Source of the DNA: Takakia lepidozioides
Taxonomy: Eukaryota; Plantae; Bryophyta
DNA: 64,000 nt
Assembly (NCBI GenBank): GCA_030704615.1
Contig: CM060731.1
Coordinates: 47,988,001-48,052,000, forward strand
Direction: 5' to 3'
The notes beneath the pieces were generated by a model that was given only the letters and a program-made list of their open reading frames with translations, made no database searches and was not told the origin of the DNA. Below, one piece after another: positions 1-13,310 of the stretch (position 1 is the first letter of the stretch; each line of letters opens with the position of its first letter). The position numbers were made by a program, and so were the translations under genes.

Positions 1-467
1 AAAATACACCATGTCACGTGGCGCGGCTCGCGGGACGACATCTAACATGATTTTTTAATTTTTTTAAATGTTTAATTTATATTATTTAAAAAAAATGTTT
101 TTGGCGAAATTGCACCTCACTACGTGGTGCGGCACGGATATACGTATCATACGTACGTGTCATGTAAGCAAATACATACCTGATTGACTTATGTTACTAG
201 TGCAACGGTTATGACTAATGTCCGAGATGACACGACTTTTACGTCAGCACAAACTTGCAATCATAAAAGCCAATAATAAAAGTCGCGATCTCTTTGCAAA
301 GTTATTGAGGATGCTTTGGAAGAAGCCAAATCAGATATTGCAGGTCTTAAACTATATGTCGTTTATGTGGAGCGATACCTTGAACGATTGGAACAAGGGC
401 AGGCTATGATGGGTAGATCTAAATATATCGCACACCCTAAGGCCGAATCATTGGATGACAAAGGATA

Positions 468-653
468 ATGAAAATTTTTCCTTGTCATGTTTGTAAGAGA
501 GATTTTGACAGGGAGACTTGGGATGTATTAGTTGCATCTTACATCCACACCTATCATCCATTTTGTCTGTATGATCACTTGGAGAATAGTGATAACTATC
601 TTCAATATGGGAAAGAAGTTCTTTGCAATATGGAAGACGTTACAAGACCTTGA
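468..653 (+). pseudogene. Degenerate RING-like zinc-finger ORF remnant in transposon DNA
   Basis: CHVC...ASYIHTYHPFCL resembles the C-x2-C...C-x-H-x2-H-x2-C RING pattern with several ligands lost. Confidence 0.35.
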
Positions 654-734
654 CATTCTGCCACAGATGATGTATGCAAGCAGCCTAACATATTGTCATC
701 AAGAATACATGTAAGAGGTATATATTTTCTCCAA

Positions 735-1090
735 GCATTTACATGTCTACCCTTGGCAATATATTTTTTATTATTATTTTTAAAATACGTGCGCCCGCCA
801 ATATTGGCGGTTGTATTTTTATTTTTATTTTTATTTTTGGTTTTCTCTAAACATGTACGACTGTCGATATTGGCAGTCGCACGCATTTATATATATATAT
901 ATGTTTTTTAAAAAATATTTTAATACGTGCAATCGCCAATTTTGGCGATATCATATATGTTTTATTTTAGTTATTAAAATACCGTAAAATTTTATCCACA
1001 TGGTCAATCCACCTCAGCCGTCACCTTAACATCCAAAGATAAATAATCAATAATAAAGATGAAAAATAAAAATTAATTACACAACGGTAC
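735..1090. repeat. Palindrome array type 1 (consensus CGACCGCCAATATTGGCGGTCG) with conserved end block; partial third copy of the 6785/8039 module
   Basis: gcgcccgccaatattggcggttg (~790), cgactgtcgatattggcagtcg (~858) and aatcgccaattttggcgat (~930), followed by aaagatgaaaaataaa..attaattacac as at ~7527 and ~8840. Confidence 0.8.
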
Positions 1091-2264
1091 GTCATGTCCA
1101 GTTTCACAACCCTACTCCGACAAAGATACCCAAGCACTACCCACTCATATCAAGGATTTTAAAGATGTTTAAAAAAATAAAAAATGTAAACATGTTACTG
1201 GAACATTGTCCTTATGATTGTGCCGTTGAATTACAAGGAAAAAACCCAATCACTCTTAGATATAGTTGGTCCCAGTTGTCAATTTTAACATGACGTCACG
1301 TCATAACATCAGTACTTGTGGACTACCCTCATCTCCGCTGTTGGAAAACAATGAAGAGGCTACAATTGCATTTGAGATTCAAAATCTTTCACGTGCTGCA
1401 GGATTTCCTCAATTTTCGACTGCCTCGGGTCAAAGATTTGTTTTTCCTCTGTGCCGACATATAAAACTGATGTAACGTAAGTCGTCTTAGATACTGACTA
1501 GATTTCCAAGTGTTTTACCAGCGATCTCCAAATAACTAACAACTTGTTCTGTTTTGGCAGTATAATGCCGAACTGCCTACCTAAGGATAAAAAACTGATC
1601 GAAAAATAAAAATGTACCTATATATGCATCTACAAGGACTTTGGATGATATTGTATCTGATTGAGGACCACAATTCATATCAAACTTTTGAAGGGAATCA
1701 TTTCATATATATTGGATACGAATGTTAAATCATTTTAATATAGTATGGAATTAACTAGAATATATTCAATTATTTATATTTTAACACTTGAAATTAGTTC
1801 AAGTGTTAAGTCAGGTGTCAAGATAAACTTCACACATCAAATGTTTTATCCTCATGCTCGTGGTCGGTGGCTCATCTTTCTCGAATTAAGCCTGTACGAC
1901 CGAGTTCTCTTTTCATTGCGTGTGGGTATACTTATGTAGGGAATAGTGTTTATGTAAGGTAGATAGGTTGTTTGTGGGGATGGAATCCCCATAACTTGGG
2001 ACATCCCGGGCTTAACTAATATATTTGAGTGATTTATCACTAAAGAGAAATAAGCTCTGAGTGCTAAAAACAAATTTAGTTTTTAGTACTTATGAAGAAC
2101 TTGAAAGCTTGAGAAGAGAGCTTCGGAAGATAGCTCTTGTATTGCAAGGTTTTGCATGTAGTTGCATGTATTATTTTTAAAAAAAAATCATTGTGGTATT
2201 AGGGGTTTGAGAGTTGCTTCGCTTTAAGGAGGTGAGGAGCTCAAAGAGAGAGTTTTTGTAAATT

Positions 2265-2780
2265 TCTAGCAGCCCCGTTTTATTAAATATTTAAAAAACA
2301 TTGGACCGCCAGAGCTGTCCACAGTCGTTTTTTGTTTAATTTTTAAATTGTTTTAGATAAAATCGGGCTCCCCAGAGTTTTAAGAATAAAAACGTGACCG
2401 CCGGAGCAGGGATTGTTTTAAAAAATAATAATAATCGGGAATGCCAGCGCTAGCGGCCATAATTTATTTTTTCAATAAAATCGGGACGTTCATAATTTTA
2501 TCCACCAAAAGAAAGCAAGAAAAAAAATTGGACTAAGTTCTGACGGTCCTAATTTTATCTAAAAACGATGACCGATTTTATCCTAAAAAAATAAAAATAC
2601 ATATTAAAAAATTGCTGACGGTCCCGCTTTTTAATTTATTTTTTAAATTAAAAAAATTTCGGGATGCTCGCTATATCGGTGCCGATTTTATCCAAATAAA
2701 ATCGGGACCACCATAGCTGAGGCCTACTTTATTAGATATTTTTTAGAAAATGAGAGACCGTCAAGCTAACAGTCCCGAAA
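2265..2780. repeat. Palindrome array type 2 (consensus ATCGGGACCGCCAGAGCTGGCGGTCCCGAT) in AT-rich spacers
   Basis: Repeated degenerate units ggaccgccagagctg, atcgggac..., gacggtcccg. Confidence 0.75.
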
Positions 2781-2789
2781 TTTATGAAA

Positions 2790-3415
2790 TTTTTTTTTTG
2801 AAAACTATCAAAAGAAGTTGTGGGTACGATTTCATCCATGGAAGTAGATTCCCAAGACATAGCTCATCAGAGGACATGTGCTTTGTGTTCAAGATGTCCA
2901 CTGTCGGCAACGGGTTGAGTGTTCATTTGATAGACATGGTGAAAACTGGGGGCGAGTTAGAGAACAGTTGGGTCATGTTCAACAATGTCAAGAGAATCCA
3001 AGGGGAGCACAATGGCGTGCCATGTATACGAACTATTCTACTAAAAACTAATGACCATCGCGATATGCAAAATGAAATCTGAAAACATTTAGTCCCAGGT
3101 TTTGATATTGGAGTGCATAAACGAGCAGATGCATAGGGCAGGGAAGAGTCGGCCGCAATTCAGGGATTTTATGGCAGATAATATTAACGCGAACTGGGCA
3201 GCGGTACGGAAGGTCTACGGAGGCGGCGCTCTATTGGAAGGCAGATAATGGTCATGTGAACTCCATTGGGGATAAAGTCTACGAGCGTACACGAAAGATA
3301 CATTTATGATGGATTCCACTACGCTCACGTGTCTTTAGCTGTCTAGTGGAGGATTGCAAAGACCGAGCAGGAAGCCGAGATGGCTTTCATGATAATTAGA
3401 TTGTGGTGGGCATTT
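2790..3415 (+). pseudogene. Decayed Mutator-like (MULE) DDE transposase
   Basis: Reading across a frameshift and stops gives FVFKMSTVG..ELENSWVMFNNVKRI / TMACHVY..MTIAIC / FRDFMADNINANWAAVRKVYG / SCELHW (CxxH) / IRLWW, as I recall for bryophyte MULE-type transposases. Confidence 0.75.
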
Positions 3416-3957
3416 CAAATTCTTTGTTCATATTTTCCTAAATATGCCCAATGACTCTTTACGCGATACCGGTTCGAATAGTCCCCTAATGACTCTTTCT
3501 CCCCGATACATAACGGTTCGAAGAGTCCCCCAAAAAAAATTTCTGCGCGATATGCAACGGTTCGAAGAGTCCTCCAATGACCATTTGTCTGCTTCTGCAT
3601 TCACGTTCCCCTCACTTTCCCCCCGTTTTTCTTCTTGTGTACGTATTATACAATGACTTTAGGGCCATATTCTTGAGAGAAAGCACGACATGCTTAACAC
3701 CTAGAAGGGTCCAGTACTCTTTGGTAAGAAGCACAAGAGGTCTCTAGGTTTGTGATATTTGGTATCCCAGACAACCTCAATATGTCACTGGGTGGTGATG
3801 CTCAAAATTCTACAGTTTCGTCTTCAGGTCCTACTGCAGCTTTTGGGTGTGAATTAGTTGGGGAGGAGTGCAAAGAAATCATATATTTTCAGCTTCATTT
3901 CTTTTTTGCTAGTTAGAAGTCTCCTGCTTTTCTGGCTATATTGCATTACGTCCCCGG

Positions 3958-4518
3958 TTGGATAGGACAGGCCTGCATCAACTTCATGGTGGGCTTCATT
4001 TAACTCCCGTAGGAGGGTACATGTACGTAACACCACCAATAGTGCTTGCCAAAGCTCCAAGTGGACCCGGAAGAGGCCATGGACTTGGATCTATGGATGA
4101 TATCGCCGAGTGTCTTGCTAAGCACGAAAATGATGAGGCAATGATGCTTCAGCAGACCGTCAATGGGAACGGCCCTTCAGCAGGGGACTTCACTGCGGAT
4201 TATGACGATGACGACGACGACGAAGATGAACACATAGACATTGATGGGGAAGGTGAGGAGATGGAGGTACATGCAGAGGATGATTTGCAATGGACAGGGG
4301 CAAGTATGGAAATCATTGAAATGCATTCAATGGAGTTTGTTATCGCAGGAGAAACATGTCCAACAACAAACGAACGATGCACTGTTTGCCAAGACTATCC
4401 AGTAGAGGGCGAGTCAGTCCGTATTCTCAGTGAGTGCGGCCATTCCTTTCACTCTATATGCATTGAAGGGTGGCTGCTTCGAAACGGGTCATGCCTTGTT
4501 TGCCGCAATAGGATCTGA
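3958..4518 (+). CDS. RING-H2 (C3H2C3) finger protein with acidic tract, putative E3 ligase; intronless, inside transposon DNA; start codon uncertain
   Basis: CTVC-x15[10 protein letters not shown]10-CLVC has all 8 ligands; [11 protein letters not shown] tract upstream. Confidence 0.7.
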   Translation: MDRTGLHQLHGGLHLTPVGGYMYVTPPIVLAKAPSGPGRGHGLGSMDDIAECLAKHENDEAMMLQQTVNGNGPSAGDFTADYDDDDDDEDEHIDIDGEGEEMEVHAEDDLQWTGASMEIIEMHSMEFVIAGETCPTTNERCTVCQDYPVEGESVRILSECGHSFHSICIEGWLLRNGSCLVCRNRI

Positions 4519-4848
4519 GACAAAGTAATCACTGCAGAAAGAAAACTTATATGTACTTCATGACATAGAAGTGGATAAAGGAGGCTATGATCATTGAGGT
4601 CGGCCACTTTCCAAGTGAACAAAACAGTTAAAGCACAACACTCTATTCAAAATTTTGAAAATAGAAGCCAAAGTACAAAACGTCAAAGATGTACACACAT
4701 CATTTGATGTTTCCCTAGTACCCTTAAAGTCGGCAACGACTTTAAGAGTCCACTCCGAGTTTCTGAAATGAAAAATACGATAATTGTGAACAGGGTGAAA
4801 GCTTTGGATCCAAGACAACCACTTCCTACATAATATTTCAGAGATACT

Positions 4849-5850
4849 GTGGGGTTGTTACACCATAACATTGATCCCAATAAGCATGTCAGAAAGAATA
4901 AAACAAAGAAGTTGAAAGATGTAGATTTACTTAAGATGTTTGGTGAAAAAACCGATTGCAATGGATACAAGGTTCAGTATATCGCTGACCGAGCTCTCTC
5001 CCAAAAAATCAAATCATTGTACCATAGGGTGTATTCAAGAGCTTTGCAACATACTACCGTTCTTGGTATGGAATTCAGGGATTTGATGCGGAAAAAATAG
5101 GCATGGACGTGAACTGGGCCGATTTTGCTGCTGAAGCCAACTTCATACAAGTTGGTCGAACCAAGACAGAGTGTCTTAGTCCGGAAAATGCACGAAATCG
5201 AGCTCCAATAAACGATTCGCAAGTGGTTGAGAAAGTCATCGTCCGAGAGAAGAAGTTACATACTTATATGCAACAATTGCAAAATGAGCACGAAGATACA
5301 CTCTAAAAGAAAAACATGGAAATTGAAGAGATGAATGAGAAGATTATATGCGTGATGGATATGGTGAATGACAGGGAATACGAGCTCCAAGAGGTGAAAG
5401 CGGCTATGAATGTGCTATAGACGGAGAGATAGGAAATAGTCTCTCGATGGGAGAACTTTCGGTCTGAATCCAGTGAAATCAACATGACATGGTCCAATGC
5501 CAAGATTGAGTTGGACAAGACAACCTACAGACGGAGAGACAGGAAATAGTCTCTCGATGGGAGAACTTTCGATCTGAGTCCAGTGAAATCAACATGACAT
5601 GTCAAGATTGAGTTGGACAAGACAACCTGTAATTTGAAGAATGTCAGAGAATATCAAATGCTCTTGCAATCAAGACTACTGGAATTGGAGAATAAAGTGT
5701 AGGAAGACAGTTTCAGTCAGGAGCGAGAGTTTTTGGAAACTCTACTTCAGAAAAGAATGATGCAGAATTGTGGAGGGAACAAATGAACAATGTTCGATTG
5801 GAGATAGAGCATCATATGCGTAAGCTTGAGTCTCTCTTCACTACAAATAT
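4849..5850 (+). pseudogene. Decayed transposon-associated coiled-coil protein
   Basis: Broken ORFs ...RKK / MDVNWADFAAEAN followed by an E/K/Q-rich heptad-like region with several stops. Confidence 0.45.
5418..5627 (+). repeat. Tandem duplication of about 105 bp
   Basis: agacggagaga(t/c)aggaaatagtctctcgatgggagaactttc...ggacaagacaacct occurs twice back to back. Confidence 0.9.
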
Positions 5851-6784
5851 TTAATGCAAATTGTCAATTTATTTGAAATCACTATGCATTATCATTGTCG
5901 GTTATTTGTCATGTGACTCATTTGCCGTTATCAGGAGAAACAAGGAACTTGACAAGTATATGGTTATAATCAATGACACAAAATTGATCTTAGATTTTTT
6001 ACATCATTTCTACTGACCCCACGCACAACAGACAATGCAATTGACTTGCATACGTAGAGGAATATCATTGTACATATGCGTGCAAGCTATTTCATGGCTT
6101 GCCCGTGTGCAACGTTGTTCATGGTGATGAATGTTGCTTTGCTAATATCATAAATTGTCTTATTCTGAATCTCATCAGTGGTACAGTTGGGCTAAATAAT
6201 GGTTAATACATAGTGACGATTTTTTTTGTCACTATGCACAGAACTTGTGCTTATTTCATGACTAATACATTCTATAACAGCTTTGTAATCTGGATCGTCC
6301 GAGGTGAAGTCGATAGTTCTACCTTATAACATGGATATGGAGGTCGGTGTAGCATCTATTGTTTGGGACAAAATTTGATTTAAACAACAAGGTAAAAATA
6401 AGATCAATTAAGGTTAATAATCACTAATTAAACTCTTCGGTGAGTTTCTTGTCACTTTTGCTCAAGTCAGCTTTGTGATCATCTCCCTCATCCACCCACT
6501 CAGTCTCAATTCCTTATCCATCTTCTCGTGCAAACAAGACATAAAATCCATTAGAACATTCAATAAGCTGTTAAGATCTATTTATAAGTTGTGTCAGTCC
6601 ATACTGAACCTTCTCAATGTCCGTACAAAAAATATGGTATATAGAATACTGAACAGTATGAACAAATTTAGTAGTGAAGGGGATATGAAGTAACAAAAAT
6701 ACTAGTAATAAGCTCATATTTCTCCTATCTCTTGAATAGCTTGGCGGCTGTAAATTCAATGTTTGCTCCAAGCTTTTTAGAGTC

Positions 6785-7566
6785 ACATTCCTCCTCAGAG
6801 TGAAACCATATATCTGGATTGCACACGTCACGTCTGTCGCATCACGTTAGATCATGTCACACATGACACTGACGTGACCCGCGTCACGTCGATTTTATAA
6901 AATTATCAATAAAAACAAATATGATAAAAAATGGTCACCTAATTTGTCATGTCGCATTGTCAAAGACACGAAATGAATTTATTGTAAATTACTCCGACCG
7001 CCAATATTGACGATAATTTTTATTTTTATTTTTATTTTTTAAATTCATGCGACCGTCAATATCGGTGATCGCAATATTTTTTCTAAAACACAAATGCACA
7101 CGTCCACCAATATTTTATTTATAAATACATGCGACCGCCAATATTGGCAATCACATTTTTAAAAAAAAAATACATGCAACCATCAATATTGACAGTCGAA
7201 TTTTTTTTTTAAAAACCTTTTTTAATGCGTGCGACTTCCAATATTGACGGTCGCATGTTTTTTCATTTTCTCAAAATATGTGCGACTGCCAATATGGACT
7301 GTCGTATGTATTAAAAAATTTAGAATGCTGCGACCACCAATATTCGCGATCACATGTTTTTTTGGTTTATTTTTTATTCGTATGTTTTTTCTCCTTTAAA
7401 AAGATGCCTACGACTGCCAATATAGGGGGTCTCTTATATAGTTATTTTTATTTTTTTAAATATTAAAAAATTATATCCACGTGACCTGGACCGCCACTTT
7501 GGTATCCAGGATAAATAGTCAGTTGTAAAGATGAAAAATAAATATTAATTACACATGATAATGTCC
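6785..7566 (+). repeat. ~0.8 kb direct-repeat module, copy 1, containing palindrome array type 1
   Basis: Opens with ttgcacacgtcacgtctg..gcatcacgttagatca and closes with ggtatccaggataaatagtcagttgtaaagatgaaaaataaatattaattacacatgataa; both blocks recur in 8039-8879. Confidence 0.9.
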
Positions 7567-8038
7567 ATGGCTTGGAGTCATGTTCGACGCATTGATACGC
7601 TTCCTCCTCACCGCTCTGCTCCCCTCTTTCTGCTTAAAAAGCTCCACCTTCTTCTTAGGCTTCGTTTAAGCTACTCTATTCTAGTTTTTATTGGGTTTTA
7701 TACTATCATTCTTTCACTGTCTGTTCACTACAGCGGGACTGCCAACCCGCATACTTCAGCTATGTCTATGAAGCATGTTCTCCTCTCGGGCTTCATTCTC
7801 ACTGCGCACGACTATCGCCTTTGCCCTTCGCACTTCCGTCGCCATAGCTCAGCTTGTCCGTTCTCTGCTCATGACGATGATCCGCCTCGTAAAGGGAAGC
7901 TTTTCCACCCCCGTTCTTTATCAGGAACGATTATTTGCTTCGATAGACGTATATACTTTTGCTCTTTATCTTCATAGGCTTATTCCAACAAACGTCTTTA
8001 CTGAGAGCGTGTTTGTGGCGTTCTCATGATACACCAGT

Positions 8039-8879
8039 ACATTCCTATTCAGAATAAAATCACATACCAAGGTTGCACACGTCACGTCTGTTGCATCACG
8101 TTAGATCACGTCACACATGACGCTGACGTGACCCGCGTCACGTCCATTTTATCGGAATATCAGTAAAAAGAATTATGATAAAAATGGTCACCTCATCCAC
8201 CATGACGCATTATCAAAGACTTGGTGGCTACAGAATGAATTTATTGTAAATTACTCCGACCGTCAATATTGACAGTCATTTTATTTTAATTTTTAATTTA
8301 AATACAACGACCGTTAATGTCGACCGTCAAAATATTTTTTGAAAAATAAATGTATGCAACCACCAATATTTTATCTGTAAATACGTGTGACCCCCAATAT
8401 TGGCGGTCATTTTTTTTTAAATGCGTGCAACCGTCAATATTGACAGTCACATATTTATTTAGTTTTTTAGTTTTTTTAATGCGTGGAACCACCAACATTG
8501 ACGGTCGCATGTTTTTTCATTTTTTCAAAATACACGCGACTGCCAATATTGGCAGTCATATGCATTTAAAATTTGGTATGCTACGACCACCAATATTTGT
8601 GATCGCATGTTTTTTTTGTTTATATTTTTAATGCGTGCGACCATCAATATTGACGGTCTCATTCCTTTCATCTTTTTAAAAATCGCCAACGACCGCCAAT
8701 ATAAACGGCCACATGTTTTTTTTTTTTTTTAAATGTCTACGACTGCCAATATTGGCGGTATCATATATATATATACAGTAAAATTATGTCCACGTGATCT
8801 GGACTGCCACTTCGGTATCCAGGATAAATAGTCAGTTGTAAAGATGAAAAATAAATATTAATTACACATGATAAAGTCC
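8039..8879 (+). repeat. ~0.8 kb direct-repeat module, copy 2, containing palindrome array type 1
   Basis: Same start and end blocks as copy 1, with about ten GACCG(C/T)CAATATTG(G/A)CGGTC variants. Confidence 0.9.
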
Positions 8880-11800
8880 GGTTTGGATGTGACGTGACGC
8901 GACACACGTTTGGCATGACGTGTCAGCGCTATGTCATGTCCATATGTGCAGATATGCCACATACATCCTTATTGATGAAGTTTTCAATAGACTTTGCACT
9001 ATACATTAAAATTTAGTATGCCCAAAAAAATGAACTTTCTATTTGCAAACAAATAAATAAAATATGGAAGCAATATGAAGGGTGTTGTAAGGCACATCAT
9101 TAATTTTTAACTCTTTCTTCTCAACAAGTACGTCGTCTTTCTTTGGCAAAGGTTTGGAAGCTAGAGGTCGTAGGGTAACATGAACTGCCGATACTTCAAT
9201 CAAATCTCCCTGTTAAACAATCGAAGGTTACGTATTAATTTTGAATTTACAATATACATCAATATAGATTCTAAATCCAAATCAAACTAGTGATACAGAA
9301 AACATAAGTAAGAAAAACTCATTTTAAAATAGATCGTGACCTATAAGAAGGTTTGTCGAGTTCTCCACTTGATGAAATTACAACTTTGTCCTTCTTACAG
9401 GGTAATTGCAGCCTACAGTGGACCAAAAATGTTGTCACAACACTATTTTTTTTTACCTTGATTAGTTGTAAATTATTATATTTCTAAATGGCAATGCCGA
9501 TAGTAAAAAAGGACTAAGCTACGAAGGCTCAACTACATATATTTCCTCTATTCCAAGTCTCATAACCAAATAAGCAAATAGTTAAAAATTATGGACTTTT
9601 GAACAAGTCCATAATGACTTGTTATAGTCCATATAGAAGGGTCGTTATGGATTTTTTTTAACGCATGATTCATAGAAAATTAGAAAAAAAGACTTAACCA
9701 AATGTGCTTTGAGGGATAAAGAATCTAGAATAAAAACATCCACTCAAAAATATTAAGTAAAATAAACGTTATGTACTATTTTGAGCTCTTACGAGTGGTT
9801 GTGGGTTCAAACTTCAAACCACCCTGTTGGTTGTTACAAAAGGTGTCCACCTTCATACCGGAAAGCAGTAGCCCTTCTGGGTCAAGTGACACCATAAGTT
9901 CCGCTTGCTTTGGCAACACGTCCACCTTTTTTACTATTTTGAGCCTTCAAAATAACTATTTTCGTAAAGTCATTTACATATAGAATTTTTTGAAATATAA
10001 ACACTATCTCATTAAATACATAGACCAAAGTTAGACCCCAGGGTGGATCAAGGTCAAATTTGAAAAAAACTATCGTGATCTGAAACTATCGCGATTTGAA
10101 AATAAAGTCTTTAATGGTCATAATAGACGGTTGAGATCGTAAATTGAAGCGAATCCAATGGTTGAGGATTCACCACATCCCGCTTTATGTACTTTTAAGG
10201 ACTCAAGGTATATCTCATTTTGATCCACCGTAGGCTGCAACTACCTTGCATCTCATTGGTTTGAATGCCCTAGAAATAGTGTATTTCATGACTGGAGTTG
10301 GAATATCAGATGCACCATCAAATCCTTCATCATTTGAAAAGATTGTGGCATATTGATCAATCATCTCATTAAGGTTTTGACATGTTTAAGGACTTTAACA
10401 CCCAAGTCCTTCAGATCTTTGTCGATCACTTTTTTGTGATTCCAATTTAAAACAATATATTTTCATGTACATTAGTATATATTTTTATTAAGTTGAGTAC
10501 AAATCATGGTAGAAAATCTTCAAGAAGTGGAATATAGCAATGGTAGATCTTGAGGATTAAAATAAAAGAGATTTTATGTTATAGTAATTGACATTCTAAG
10601 AAAAATTATTTAAATTTTTTTAACTAGATGCTCGTTGCCTGAACTTGTGAAGTTCGGGTGTGACTACGATCGTATCTACGATTATAGTTTTTTTTTACTA
10701 TCTCGGTTGTTGGCTTCTTGTCATTCAGGCTTCAACGCAACCACCTTTCAAGTCGGTGCATGCAATTGTATTGGATAAAGAACGCAGGGAAGACATTTGA
10801 TGTATGTTGATGGTTAAAATATTTATTTGAGCTTCGATACAACAATACGGGAAGGGTTGCCAAGAGATGAAGGGTTGCAACAATCCCAGTAGTTCCATAA
10901 TGATTAAATAGTTAACTCACTGTATTCGTTCCAAGAACGTTGTCTTAGCTTAGTGATTAGGGAAGTTATTTCATATCAACTGTCGGGGATTCAAGTCCCA
11001 ACTCCCATACTTCCAGTATGTCAGTTATTATTTAATTTAATTTTAAAAGTGCTTAGATGTGCCCTGGAGTATGTGGATAAGTAACTAATACATTACTTGT
11101 ATTTTCAACAAGTACACTTGGATTGCTGGTTAGGGGGCTTCATTATAAGTTGTAGGTCGTAGGTTCAATTTTTCTTATCCGTACTACCCTTTATAGCTAG
11201 TTGTTCTTTTAATTTTCAAGACCCCTGTCACACACCTATATAAATAAGTAGATAACTATGCTTCTTTCAATGGCTCGGTGATTAAAGAAAAAAAATGTGA
11301 TTAAAAGAGCACCCGAGGTCGAGAGTTCAAATCCCTCCGCCACAACACTTGTACTTTGTTTTTTTTTTTTTTCTGTCTTTCATATTAAGAACATCATTGG
11401 GTTGAATTTTTCTTTAATGGTTTAGTTGGTTGTTCTTTAGTAACATAAATCAATTGGGATTATTAAGAACTAAATAAATACATATCTATCTCTTAAACTT
11501 CAATAGATTTATATGTAAATAAATATAAATATCCACAGAAGAAATTGCGCATTAAAATTGGTAGGCTGTAACACCATTTCGGTATTCGCCTAAGCATCAA
11601 TATTTACGCTAATATATATATATATCTAAAATTAATAACTCTTTATCCCGGAAGTAATTACACATTCGCATTACTTATTTCTAAACTATTGTTTCGTAAA
11701 TACGTCAATGAGCTAGTACTAACCGTTGGATAGAAATTTACAAACGCAAGACTTATAAAAATATATAAAACGAAAAATGAGACTCAACAGGAACAGCACC

Positions 11801-12884
11801 TCAGGACTAAACGGCCCCTTCAGGACCTAACTTAGCTCCATCTAACCTGAACGCAAATTAAGTATGTAATTATTAATGTAGTATATTAAGGGTTGACAAT
11901 CCTCTCGTATCAAATCTGTTAAGTTAATTTAATACTATCGTAAAATTTACTAGAATTTAACTAGTTTTATGTAAGTGTCTATCCAGAGATCTAGATGTTT
12001 GTTAACATCTGAGCATGGTTATCTTCACATCAGATGCGGTGTGGCTCATATTTCTCGAATTGAGCTTCACCGCGTCTGGCTATGATACTGTATTGTGGAT
12101 TCTTCATGGCGTGGGGTACATTGGGCTTGACTTAATAGAGTGATGTAAGGAGACAGCCGTTGTATCACCGTTGAGCTAGGTGGCTTCGAGTACGCCTACA
12201 ATATGAACGAGGATGAGCAGATGGCAGTTATTCTAGTGCATGTCTCCCTTGGATTTGTTAATTGCATCATACTGAGAACATACAAGCACATGTCGTCAAG
12301 ATTTCATGGCGAAGGATCTGTTGACTGGGGATACCATATCTCAAATTGGAGGAGCAATGGGTTCAAGACTTCATTGAATTATTTCCCTTGAGCATGCAGG
12401 GGCAGATTGTGGTAGATGCATCCCAAGAAGCAGGGATGGTAGTATAAGATATACAGTACCAATGTATTTGCATTAAAAATCCGGTTTGCAGAACAGTTTA
12501 TGATAAAAAATACCATGTAGCATGGTGGCTGCTCTTCTGGCAGACCCACACAACATGCACCGCAAAGCTGCAGGTATCACTGCCAAGTTTGGACAACAAT
12601 GTAATTGTGTAGCGATACGTATACGTATGATAAATCCAACAAATCCTTACCATCAACCTTCGCCTCCTTGAAGCTCTCGTTGTATGCCAAGGTATCCAAA
12701 AAATTACTGACGTGTGTAATAACCTTAACTATATTCCATCACGCAACAATACATATAGGATGCATTAGATCCATAATAATTAGTTCCCTGCAGTAACAAA
12801 ATCACATCCAGTGTTTAGCAGCTTCTAAATTTCTTAGCTTGCAGTCATAAATTTTGTTTATTTTTTAAAAAAAACATTATTAAA

Positions 12885-13310
12885 TTCGAGACCGCCAAAG
12901 CTTGCCGTATTTATTTTTATTTTATTTTTATTTTTTTATTACATTTGAAACTGCTAGAGCTGACGGTCCATATTCGGGACAGTCAAGGGTCGCGGTCACA
13001 ATTGTTTTATTTTTAAAATTATTTTATATCAAAATCAAGACCGCTAGAGCTAGCGGTCCTTTTATTTCTATTTCTTTAGATTAAAATCGAGACTGTGTCC
13101 CAATTTTATTCACCAGCTCTGACAATCTTGATTTATTAAATATTTTCTAAAAATTGTGGGACCGTGGCGGTTTTCTTGATTAAATTCTAAAAAATCTGGA
13201 CTGCCAAAGCCGAAAATATATTTTTATTGATACAGGTAGCGGTCCGGATTTGTTAAATTAATTTTTTAAAAATTAATTCCGGACTATCAATCTGATAGTT
13301 TTAATTTACT
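12885..13310. repeat. Palindrome array type 2
   Basis: gagaccgccaaagcttg, ctgctagagctgacggtcc, gaccgctagagctagcggtcc and related units. Confidence 0.75.

Noticed and set aside
6990-8760. CRISPR-like look of palindromic repeats with spacers
   Set aside because: Repeats are degenerate, spacers are low-complexity A/T tracts, there are no cas genes and the context is eukaryotic.
6785-8879. LTR/TRIM retroelement
   Set aside because: No TG..CA termini, primer-binding site, polypurine tract or TSD recognised around the direct repeats.
10940-11345. Functional tRNA genes
   Set aside because: No complete cloverleaf could be folded; only box-like motifs, kept as a low-interest finding.
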